Of a stretch of 64,000 nt of DNA, positions 1 to 9,401 are shown in pieces (the first letter of the stretch is position 1; each line of letters starts with the position of its first letter). The stretch lies in NCBI GenBank assembly GCA_964270895.1, contig OZ185437.1. One strand, given 5' to 3'. The notes under the pieces are model-generated. The model made no database searches, had not been told where the DNA came from, and saw nothing but the letters and a program-made list of their open reading frames with translations. A program made the translations under genes and the position numbers. Source of the DNA: Podarcis filfolensis. Its lineage: Eukaryota.

Positions 1-148
1 TTGCTAAACGTGTTTTATGATTTTCTAGTGAGCCACTGTTGATGCTATCACTTGGTTTTGTACATTCAGCTTTCTTGGTATGCTGTGTGTAAGTACATTC
101 TGGATTGTAAGAATAAAATTGACTTGCACATTATATTGTGTTTCTCAG

Positions 149-301
149 GTATATCCTAATAAACAAATATGCTACTTAAACATTGGAAGAGCCTGGTTAA
201 AGTTAACGAAGACTGCTCATTGTGATAGTTTGGCTGAAGCTGAGAAATTGAGTCCCAGAGAATGCAAAACTATAGGAACTTTAAGGGACAAAACGGAAAA
301 A
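149..301 (+). CDS. Candidate internal coding exon of an unidentified plus-strand gene (153 nt, phase 0-0)
   Basis: Acceptor tgtgtttctcag|G and donor AAA|gtaaga. Only one frame is open: VYPNKQICYLNIGRAWLKLTKTAHCDSLAEAEKLSPRECKTIGTLRDKTEK. No homology recognised. Confidence 0.35.
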
Positions 302-1008
302 GTAAGATAAAATAACACTCTTTGGGGATTATGCCTGTGATGTTGCTTTGAGAGCATCATTTAATCAGGCAGGGCAGCTTGCCAAAGAAAGGAATTTGCA
401 ATAATTTATTAAATACTCAGCAGCATTCCACATTGTCAAAGGTTACCTGCTGTCAGCTGAATAACCCATAAAGGCAAGAAGATTTATGCAGCTGTATCTT
501 TTTAAAATGTTGAATATTTATCCCCTCTTAATAATTGCTAGAGGCCACTTACAAGGGAACTCATAAAACAGACCATCAGAATAAAGATTGTCAACAAAAC
601 TAACAGTAAATGTCTACCTACGAAGTAGCACCACATGATGATTTAGATGTCACATCAGATAGTAATAAGGCTCCCAGCGGTTTACAGAAACTTGCAAAAA
701 GAGGATTTCCAGAGCTTTCTAAATCTCTGTTGAGGAAGCACATTATGCCTTACATTAAGGCTATTTCATTCATTTATTTGTCATTTAACTTCTCTGGGTG
801 AAAGTTTAAAATAATTTAAAAGCATAAATGGTATGCTCCATTATGAAACAGGCTGGAAACTGCCAAATAACGGAGTATAAATCTCTAGAAATGCAGCAAC
901 ACCCCCCTACTTGGCTGATCATCCTTCACTAAATCCTGTAAGGCCTACAGTATGAATTTTTCAACTTAGCAGCTCAACATACTCTGTGGTGTTGTTTTTT
1001 TTTTGTAG

Positions 1009-1045
1009 CCAGAATGCGCAAGAGGGCAGTTCTGGCACCTCTCAG
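1009..1045 (+). CDS. Candidate 37-nt exon (phase 0-1)
   Basis: T-rich acceptor ...ttttgtag|C and donor CAG|gtgggt. Encodes PECARGQFWHLS. Confidence 0.25.
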
Positions 1046-1250
1046 GTGGGTGCCATTGTGTGCTGGCTTGCCTCTGCCTGCTTCTTGCCTTTACCCACTT
1101 CTGAGAAGTGCAAAACAAACATTTCAGGTTAAAATGGCCAGCATGTGCGAGTCTACACTTTTTTTTAGATCTATGCACCTAGCTCAGCTGCAATTGGTCA
1201 AGCTACGGGACAGGGTCAATTCATATTTCTTCAATCCATCCTTTGTGTAG

Positions 1251-1421
1251 CTGCAGGAGTAGGCTTTAAGCTTTCCAGCCAGGCCTCTACCGTTGCACAC
1301 ACTGATGTTTGTGCAAGGGCCCTTCTGAGCTGCCCTAGCCACCCACCTGAATCTGAAAGATCGAGGGAGGTGGGAGCGCATTTATTTGATGTGCACCAGA
1401 ATCGGGTGACCCACAAACCAG
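1251..1421 (+). CDS. Candidate 171-nt exon (phase 1-1)
   Basis: Acceptor tttcttcaatccatcctttgtgtag| and donor CAG|gtaggg. Open frame AGVGFKLSSQ...HQNRVTHKP, phase-compatible with 1009-1045. Confidence 0.3.
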
Positions 1422-2541
1422 GTAGGGAGACAGCTTGCCTGAAACCCTTCTAATTCCTGGATCCAGCACGGATTCAACCTTCTAAGTATGGGCCATCAAA
1501 GTAACAAAGGAAGTAGCTCTGTGCCAGATAACAAATGGGTAGTTAGAAAGACAAAAGACAGGGTTCAAAGTTGAGTGTGTACGAGCTAGAAGTTAGGATA
1601 AAGGGCCGCTGGCAAAGTTTGCTTCATACGCCCTCCCGGTTCCACCCTTGGCAAAGTGAGCCGACGGCAGAGGATAGTGGCATGCCTGAAGGAGCTGAGG
1701 CGGCAGCAGAGATGCCGCTGGTCCCACTGCTGTTGCTGCAACCACGACTGCTACCCCTCTTCTTGGGCTTTTTCTGCGACTACGATGCATTCATTTTCCA
1801 AGGGCAATGAGGTATGCGATGATGATTATGATGATTGCAATTATGTGTTTCCATTAATTTAGCTCAGTGAAGCTTTCTAGGTATGTTGCTAAACTAATAA
1901 ATGCATGCTTCTTTTTCGACCTTTAAATGTCACAGAGAAATCCTGGTGCTTCTTAGTTGCCTAGATGAGCTTGAAGAAGCTTGTGTAGTGATGCATTCAA
2001 GCTTGTCTGCCTTAGCCATTTTGACAGATGAAGTTTAAAGGTCAAATTGAAAATCTTACCTGCTCAGTCCTGAGTTCTGCAATGTATTGACCACTTGAGA
2101 TGTGTCACCAACCATTTTCAATCTTGCCTTGTGCTTTTATAGTGAGATGTTCATTCCAGCAAAAACCACCAAGAGCTTGTAATGTATTAAAATCATTTTC
2201 AGTCTTGAACACAAAACTCGGTTTGTTTATAACAGTGAACCTCTTGAGCACCTGAGATGTGCAGAAACACTGTACTGTGTTCTCTTAACATAGTTTTTAT
2301 AAAAATTGCATAAAGGTGCCTAGATAATCCTTTCTTGGAGACACAGTAAAGTTTTCTAACATTTCTGAACTAAAATCTGTTAGACTATATACTTAAACTG
2401 GAAGAATTCCATAGGCCATGAAAATTTTAAAAAGACCTTTGTGATCCTGCTTGTTAAGCTATGATGCTGCATATGATCTCTCTTGCAGACTAATTTCGAT
2501 TGCTTAATAATTAGAGTATTATCAAATGTTACTTTATAAAC

Positions 2542-2903
2542 GGACACGGGTGGCGCTGTGGGTAAAACCTCAGCGCCTAGGACTTGCCGATCGCATGGTC
2601 GGCGGTTCGAATCCCCGCAGCGGGGTGCGCTCCCGTTGCTCGGTCGCAGCGCCTGCCAACCTAGCAGTTCAAAAGCACCCCCAGGTGCAAGTAGATAAAT
2701 AGGGACCGCTTTATAGCGAGAAGGTAAACGGCGTTCCGTGTGCTGCTCTGGCGCCGGTTCGCTGGAGCAGCTTCGTCACGCTGGCCACGTGACCCGGAAG
2801 TGTCTGCGGACAGCGCTGGCTCCCGGCCTCTAGAGTGAGATGAGCGCACAACCCTAGAGTCTGTCAAGACTGGCCTGTACGGGCAGGGGTACCTTTTACC
2901 TTT
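2542..2903 (+). mobile_element. Sauria SINE (lacertid type), full length
   Basis: tRNA-like head with A/B boxes (TGGCGCTGTGG, GGTTCGAATCC), typical body, (ACCTTT)n tail, and a 13-bp TSD TTACTTTATAAAC at 2529-2541 and 2902-2914. Confidence 0.92.
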
Positions 2904-3212
2904 ACTTTATAAACACAATAGTTTAAATTGCATTCCTGCTTTAGAAACTGTTTTCCATGTCAATATGCCTCAATATGAGAGAGGCACAGGCAACATCCCT
3001 GGTAGCTCTGTGAAAATTCCTGTGGAACCTCTTGTAGGACATGATATCCAATGGCAGTCATACTCTGAGTAGACCCATTGAAACCAACAGCTTTAATTTA
3101 GTTAATAATAATAATAATAATAATAATTTATTATTTGTACCCCGCCCATCTGGCTGGGTTTCCCCAGCCACTCTGGGCGGCTTCCACAGAAAACCAAAAA
3201 TACACTAAAATA

Positions 3213-6200
3213 TCACAGATTAAAAACTTCCCTGAACAGGGCTGCCTTAAGATGTCTTCTGAATGTCAGGTAGTTATTTATCGCTTTGACATCCGATGGG
3301 AGGGCGTTCCACAGGGCAGGCGCCACTACCGAGAAGGCCCTCTGCCTGGTTCCCTGTAGCTTTGCTTCTCGCAATGAGGGAACCGCCAGAAGGCCCTCGG
3401 CGCTGGACCTCAGCATCCGGGCAGAACGATGGGGGTGGAGACGCTCCTTCAGGTATACTGGGCCGAGGCCGTTTAGGGCTTTAAAGGTCAACACCAGCAC
3501 TTTGAATTGTGCTCGGAAACGTACTGGGAGCCAATGTAGGTCTTTCAAGACCGGTGTTATGTGGTCTCGGCGGCCGCCCCCAGTCACCAGTCTAGCTGCC
3601 GCATTCTGGATTAGTTGTAGTTTCCGAGTCACCTTCAAAGGTAGCCCCACGTAGAGCGCATTGCAGTAGTCCAAGCGGGAGATAACCAGAGCATGCACCA
3701 CTCTGGCGAGACAGTCCGCGGGCAGGTAGGGTCTCAGCCTGCGTACCAGGTGGAGCTGGTAGACAGCTGCCCTGGACACAGAATTGACCTGCGCCTCCAT
3801 GGACAGCTGTGAGTCCAAAATGACTCCCAGGCTGCGCACCTGGTCCTTCAGGGGCACAGTTACCCTATTCAGGACCAGGGAGTCCTCCACACCAGCCCGC
3901 CCCCTGTCCCCCAAAAACAGTACTTCTGTCTTGTCAGGATTCAACCTCAATCCATTAGCCGCCATCCATCCTCCAACTGCCTCCAGGCACTCACACAGGA
4001 CCTTCACCGCCTTCACTGGTTCTGATTTGAAAGAGAGGTAGAGCTGGGTATCATCTGCATATTGATGGACACCCAGTCCAAACCCCCTGATGATCTCTCC
4101 CAGTGGCTTCATATAGATGTTAAAAAGCATGGGGGAGAGGACGGAACCCTGAGGCACCCCACAAGTGAGGGCCCAGGGGTCTGAGCACTCATCCCCCACC
4201 ACCACTTTCTGAACACGGCCCAGGAGGAAGGAGCGAAACCACTGCATAACAGTGCCCCCAGCTCCCAGCCCCTCTAGACGGTCCAGAAGGATGTTATGGT
4301 CGATTGTATCAAAGGCCGCTGAGAGATCCAGCAGAACTAGGAAACAACTCTCACCTTTGTCCCTAGCTCGCCGGAGATCATCAACCAGCGCGACCAAGGC
4401 AGTTTCAGTCCCATGATGAGGCCTGAATCCTGATTGGAAGGGATCCAAATGGTCCGCATCCTCCAGGCGTGCCTGGAGTTGTTCAGCAACCACGCGCTCA
4501 ATCACCTTGCCCAAGAATGGAAGATTTGAGACTGGGCGATAGTTGGCCATACTGGCCGGGTCTAAAGATGGTTTTTTAAGAAGCGGTTTAATGACCGCCT
4601 CTTTCAGCGGATCTGGGAATGTTCCCTCACAGAGGGAAGCATTCACCACCCCGCAGAGCCCATCGCCCAGCCCTTCCCGGCTTGCTTTTATTAGCCAGGA
4701 TGGGCAAGGATCAAGGAGACAGGTGGTTGGTTTCACGCGTCCAAGCAGCCTGTCCACATCCTCGGGGGTAACGGATTGAAATTGATTCCATGCAACTTGA
4801 CCAGACAGAGCTCTAGCACTCTCCCGCCCCAGCCCTGCTCCCACGGTGGTGTCTAGCTCCCTCCGAATATGAGTGATTTTATCTGCAAAAAACTTTGCAA
4901 AATCGTTGCAGGAGATCTTGGGGTCTTTACAAGGCCCCGGTGGTAAAGGTGGTTCCGTTAAATTGCGAACCACCTGAAAGAGTCTCCTGCTACTATTTTC
5001 TGCAGATGCAATAGAGGCGGTGAAGAAAGTCTTCTTCGCCGTCGCTATCGCCACTTGGTAGGCTCGAAGTTGAGCTCTAACCTGTGTCCGGTCAGATTCG
5101 GAGTGAGTTTTCCGCCACCGACGCTCTAGCCGTCTCAGCGATTGTTTCATCGCCCTCAGCTCCGAAGAAAACCACGGGGCTGTCCGGGCTCCATGCAATC
5201 GGAGAGGGCGCTTCGGAGCCAGACAGTCGATAGCCCTGGTTAACTCCGCATTCCAGCGGGCCACCAGGGAATCAGCTGAAAGGCCATCAACATGGGATAA
5301 AGCATCCCCTACCACTCTCTGGAAACCATTTGGATCCATTAAGTGGCGGGGGCGGACCATCCGAATTGGTCCCACCTCCCTGCAGAGGGGAAGGGTCGCG
5401 GAGAAGTCCAGTTGCACCAGGAAGTGATCTGACCATGGCACTTCTTTTGTTTCACTTTTACTTAGTGTCAGATCACCCACGTCACTAGAGGTGAACACCA
5501 GGTCTAAGGCATGTCCATGACTATGAGTTGGGCCAAACTTATTCAGGGACAGCCCCATGGAGGCCATGCTTTCCACGAAGTCCCGAGCGGCCCCTTGTAA
5601 GGTCGTGTCGGCATGGATGTTAAAATCCCCTAGGACAACCAAACTAGGTGTCTCCAGGAGAAAATCCGCCACGACCTGAAGCAGCTCAGACAGGGAATCC
5701 TTGGTGCAGCGGGGAGGCCGGTACACCAATAGGAATCCTGTACTGCCCCTATTGCCCAACTTCCAGAACATGCACTCAGAAAACTGGGTCTTCCCAGTAG
5801 GACGCCTGGTGCAAGCTAGTGACTTCCTAAAAATCACTGCAACCCCCCCTCCCCGCCCACATGACCTGGGTTGCTGTGCGTAAGAGAAACCTGGTGGGCA
5901 AGCAGCGGCAAGGACAGGCCCATCTGCTTCCTCCAACCAGGTCTCTGTCACACATGCCAGGTCAAATCCTCCATCCACAATCAGGTCGTGGATGGCAGTG
6001 GTTTTATTCATCATTGACCTGGCATTACACAGCAACACCTTCAGGTCATGTAGGTTTCCCCTGTTGATTCCAGTATCCATCCGGTCAAGGCCAGACCCGG
6101 AGGCAGGGATAGTCCTCAAACAACGACTAAACCTGCCTCCTCGGTAATGACATGGTCTGGTCTTAGCGTAACTCCGCCTCCTGCCCATGATCACCGAGAT

Positions 6201-6245
6201 CGGATGTCCCAGTGCTTCCCCCCCTGTGGAAGTTGTCCCAGCCAT
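3213..6245 (-). CDS. L2 ORF: AP-endonuclease plus reverse transcriptase, 1010 aa
   Basis: APE motifs (CNARS, TETWL, GGGVA, LGDFN, DLVF, SDH), RT motifs (QSGFR, LDLSAAFDT, GVPQGSVLSP, YADD) and the L2-type C-terminus HITPVLKDLHWLPV...FKVLVLTFKAL. No internal stops. Confidence 0.95.
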   Translation of the reverse strand: MAGTTSTGGEALGHPISVIMGRRRSYAKTRPCHYRGGRFSRCLRTIPASGSGLDRMDTGINRGNLHDLKVLLCNARSMMNKTTAIHDLIVDGGFDLACVTETWLEEADGPVLAAACPPGFSYAQQPRSCGRGGGVAVIFRKSLACTRRPTGKTQFSECMFWKLGNRGSTGFLLVYRPPRCTKDSLSELLQVVADFLLETPSLVVLGDFNIHADTTLQGAARDFVESMASMGLSLNKFGPTHSHGHALDLVFTSSDVGDLTLSKSETKEVPWSDHFLVQLDFSATLPLCREVGPIRMVRPRHLMDPNGFQRVVGDALSHVDGLSADSLVARWNAELTRAIDCLAPKRPLRLHGARTAPWFSSELRAMKQSLRRLERRWRKTHSESDRTQVRAQLRAYQVAIATAKKTFFTASIASAENSSRRLFQVVRNLTEPPLPPGPCKDPKISCNDFAKFFADKITHIRRELDTTVGAGLGRESARALSGQVAWNQFQSVTPEDVDRLLGRVKPTTCLLDPCPSWLIKASREGLGDGLCGVVNASLCEGTFPDPLKEAVIKPLLKKPSLDPASMANYRPVSNLPFLGKVIERVVAEQLQARLEDADHLDPFQSGFRPHHGTETALVALVDDLRRARDKGESCFLVLLDLSAAFDTIDHNILLDRLEGLGAGGTVMQWFRSFLLGRVQKVVVGDECSDPWALTCGVPQGSVLSPMLFNIYMKPLGEIIRGFGLGVHQYADDTQLYLSFKSEPVKAVKVLCECLEAVGGWMAANGLRLNPDKTEVLFLGDRGRAGVEDSLVLNRVTVPLKDQVRSLGVILDSQLSMEAQVNSVSRAAVYQLHLVRRLRPYLPADCLARVVHALVISRLDYCNALYVGLPLKVTRKLQLIQNAAARLVTGGGRRDHITPVLKDLHWLPVRFRAQFKVLVLTFKALNGLGPVYLKERLHPHRSARMLRSSAEGLLAVPSLREAKLQGTRQRAFSVVAPALWNALPSDVKAINNYLTFRRHLKAALFREVFNL

Positions 6246-6545
6246 CGTGTTGGCTGGGGCCCCACTCCCAGGCAGCCCTGATCCCGCCCCTTAAAAACAA
6301 AACGCAAACTATACAGAACCAATAAAACAACAACAACAGAAAAGAACAGAACAATTATAATAAAATTAATCCCCAACCAAATATCCATTCCCCCCACCCC
6401 CAACAAAGGAAAAAAGGAAAAAAAGAAATAAAAATTTAAATTGCCACCGACTGCTTGAGGACATTTTAAAGCACATTAACCCCCTGGAACAGGGAAGCAA
6501 TGGCAGAACACTTCCCACCCTTCCCAAAAAGTTTGTTCCAGAAAT

Positions 6546-6872
6546 GGCCTGGGCCACGCCCCCTGGGCCAGTTGGAAAAGGCCCTGGAATGGAGCAGGCC
6601 CTGCAGTCCTCACCCAGCCGATGGTCCGAGGCCTCACTGCAGCAGGAGTCCCTTTATAGCTGGGAGAGAGGGCCTGGGCCACGCCCCCTGGGCCAGTTGG
6701 AAAAGGCCCTGGAAGGGAGCAGGCCCTGCAGTCCTCACCCAGCCGATGGTCCGAGGCTTCACTGCAGCAGGAGTCCCTTTATAGCTGGGAGAGAGGGCCT
6801 GGGCCACGCCCCCTGGGCCAGTTGGAAAAGGCCCTGGAAGGGAGCAGGCCCTGCAGTCCTCACCCAGCCGAT
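6546..6872 (-). promoter_or_regulatory. 125-bp tandem monomers (2.6 copies) forming the L2 5' UTR; putative internal Pol II promoter
   Basis: Units start at 6546, 6671 and 6796, with 2 mismatches between the full units. The minus strand shows GGGGCGTGGC (Sp/KLF box) about 20 nt upstream of TATAAA (6778-6783 and 6653-6658). Confidence 0.7.
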
Positions 6873-7630
6873 TGATTTCACTGCATCTAATCTGATTAAC
6901 ATTGGGTCTCACCCAGGATATTCAGTTTGGGTAAATGTTCAGTAAGTGAGTGAGTTTAATCAATGTTATTCCTAATATAACCAACATTGGGCATCCTGAT
7001 AAGGAAAAAGGTAAGAACCTTGTAGGTCCCTGACTTTCCTTAGAGGGTGACATAAACAAGTGACTGATTAGCAATAACACACACACATGCCTGTAAGCCA
7101 AAAAAGTAGATGTTTTTACTTGAGAGGAGTCTTGATGGTAAAAGTGTACAGTACACTGTTTAGATTTGCAATTTACACTTAAATAGATAATTTTACAATA
7201 TTGTATATATTTACAAACTGAAACAAAAATATTAACATGGTCCATCGTTTCTGTAATTGGAACGCAGATGTGCTCTAAAATTCCTCTTCCCATCATAGCG
7301 ACACTGTTACAATATTCTGTACTTTAAAAATGCCTATCACGTATTGTCTTTTGAAATAAAAGCATTTGTCACTTTGCAAATTTTCATTCCTCCCTCTCCC
7401 CACTTTTTATTGTTTTGATTGACCATGATGGCCATTTTGAGGCCTGATGAAACTGACAGTTCAGCAGAGATTTCGACTTAGGTCTCAGTATAATAAATCG
7501 GAGAGTGCATTGTGTGAATTTCATGTAACAGGAGTATCGAACAGTCTCTATTGTCACATTTTCCTGATGGACATTAATTTCATACAGTTAACACATGTCC
7601 CACCCACATGGAAACTGGCTAAAGAAATAA

Positions 7631-7921
7631 CTATGAAAAAATGGACCAGTATATCAGGTTAAATAAAATGTATGCACCTGGAAATATTATTCTGGAATAC
7701 TTGTCAATGGCATGTGTATCAATCCTCATGCTGCTGTATCTCTGGTTTTTCCTCCTGCTTGAATTCCTTTCTGAGCCAAGTGCCAGCTGAACCATCATTC
7801 GGTCTTGTTTATCTCCATTTTCAGACACATACTGTCCCAGTTCATTCACCTCCCCGTCACTATAGCTGCCATCCATCCCCATCAGTTGCCTTGACTGAGG
7901 TAGTGTACAAGTGCAAGGAAG
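7631..7921 (-). CDS. GABRR1: rho1 coding exon 10 (intracellular loop, TM4, stop), 291 nt
   Basis: Encodes LPCTCTLPQSRQ...MRIDTHAIDKYSRIIFPGAYILFNLIYWSIFS*, ending in TAG. Acceptor ctctacag|. Confidence 0.98.
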   Translation of the reverse strand, partial: LPCTCTLPQSRQLMGMDGSYSDGEVNELGQYVSENGDKQDRMMVQLALGSERNSSRRKNQRYSSMRIDTHAIDKYSRIIFPGAYILFNLIYWSIFS

Positions 7922-8554
7922 CTGTAGAGGAAAGAAGGAAGATAGTTGTACTCGGGGAAAACTGACAGTTGACATATTGGAGTGGAGCAATAATGCAGCC
8001 TTAAGCTGTTGCTTCTGTCACAAATCCATAGGTGAGGACTCATCTCATCTAACCACAGTTTCTCTTATCTGGCTATGATTTCCTGCATTATTAGTAGCCA
8101 GGATAGCTGATATAAAGGTAAATTTGTGAAAATACACTATACTAGATTTTCAGTTGGCTCTTCCAAATGGTGAGCAGATACATGCTCGCAGAATGGGACC
8201 CTCTATTATTATTATTATTAGAATTAGAATTAGAATTAATATACCGCCCTATACTCTAATGCAGCTGAGGAAAGGGTGGAAATTGGGGCACCTCCCCACT
8301 TTTGCAAGTGCTTTTCTGTTAATAGAGGGCACCATGGAACCAAGCCACATTCAGGCTCATTCTATCCAATATGAGATAGTGTGCTTGTGTAGGCTGTATA
8401 GCATGAGCATTAAAATTCATGTGAAGAAACTAATGGTTTTTCCAGACCCTCCTTCCTATAGTGAGTGCAGTGTTCATCGCTGTGCCAAGACAGCTGTGAA
8501 AAATGTGATTTCCATACTAGGAAATGAATTGAAAACTAGTGGGAGCCCACCAAA

Positions 8555-8790
8555 TTGAATGAGTTTAAAAGAAGATTAGACAAATTCTATAAACAGCTAC
8601 CAGCCACAATGGCTATGTTCCACCTCCACTGTCAGAGGCAACATGCCTCTGAATGCCAGCTGCTGGTAATCACTAGTGGGGAGTGTGCTGTTGCAGTCAG
8701 GTTCTGTTTTGGGGCTTTCCACAGGCATCTCGGCCACTGTGATAACAGGGTGCTGGCTATTAACCTGATCTAGCAGGCTGCTCTTAACAT
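8555..8790 (+). mobile_element. Degenerate CR1-type 3' fragment in GABRR1 intron 9
   Basis: FKRRLDKF end of ORF plus a 3' UTR shared with the 35530 and 39690 copies. Boundaries approximate. Confidence 0.65.
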
Positions 8791-9204
8791 GGAAACATTC
8801 AGAGGTGGCATAGTGAGCTGCACCATTTCTACCTTTTTTTTAAAAAAAGTTAATATTTGGGCATCTCATGTTGCATGTGTAGATCCAACCCGAGTAAAAA
8901 AAACAAAAACTGGTTTGAACATACCCTTGGGTAGAACACAGTTTTACTGTTAGACCCCCATTGTGTGTGTGTGTCTGTCTGTCTGTCTGTCTGATTCATC
9001 TTTAGAATCTACACAGCCAGTGCTGGTTTTCCAGGGGGTACTCAAGGGTACGCAGCACAGACACCTCTTTTTTTGTTGTTAAAAAGTGTGGCACTTACTG
9101 TAATAACTTCATGGTGAGTACCAGCACCTAGTTTTCTAGGGGGGGGGGGGAAGCACCGTACAGAGCCATTTTATCTGCACAGCACCAAATGACGTTACAT
9201 TTAC

Positions 9205-9401
9205 CTTGTCTCGCAGCTTCCGTTCCTTTCGCTCTTGCACTGTAGTCAAGTAGTTTACTGCTGCGTACTCTAACACCGAAAGGAAGACGAACACAAAACT
9301 GACCCAGAGGTAAATGTCCACAGCTTTGATGTAGGAAACCCGAGGCATGGAGGCATTGACGCCCGTGATGATGGTAGACATGGTCAGCACCGTCGTGATC
9401 C
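9205..9401 (-). CDS. GABRR1: rho1 coding exon 9 (TM2-TM3), 197 nt
   Basis: Encodes (G)[65 protein letters not shown]. Acceptor tctccag|, donor AAG|GTAAAT. Confidence 0.98.

Larger units (their letters stand above)
3104..6872 (-). mobile_element. Apparently full-length, single-ORF L2-clade LINE
   Basis: Contains an intact ORF, a 3' hairpin at 3142-3180, an (ATT)8 tail at 3104-3127 and a tandem-monomer 5' UTR at 6546-6872. No clear TSD. Confidence 0.9.

Noticed and set aside
1-2500. PM20D2 terminal exons expected from mammalian synteny
   Set aside because: No frame resembles the PM20D2 C-terminus as I recall it, so no symbol was assigned.
2542-2620. tRNA-like A/B boxes here and at 16330-16399, 60741-60820 and 62335-62400
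   Set aside because: They are SINE heads with no complete cloverleaf, so they are not tRNA genes.
3286-6067. Several plus-strand ORFs of 60-122 aa
   Set aside because: They are antisense shadows of the L2 ORF with no independent coding signal.
6546-6872. Direct-repeat array as a possible CRISPR
   Set aside because: The repeats are contiguous 125-bp units without unique spacers, in a vertebrate genome.
6366-6945. ORFs on both strands over the monomer array as a possible L2 ORF1
   Set aside because: They are short, repeat-derived translations with no RRM, PHD, esterase or zinc-knuckle motif.
9205-9401. Alternative reading of the rho1/rho2 exon similarity as a recent gene duplication
   Set aside because: Adjacent exons are only about 80% identical, the last exons and introns are unrelated at nucleotide level, and each gene keeps paralogue-specific residues.
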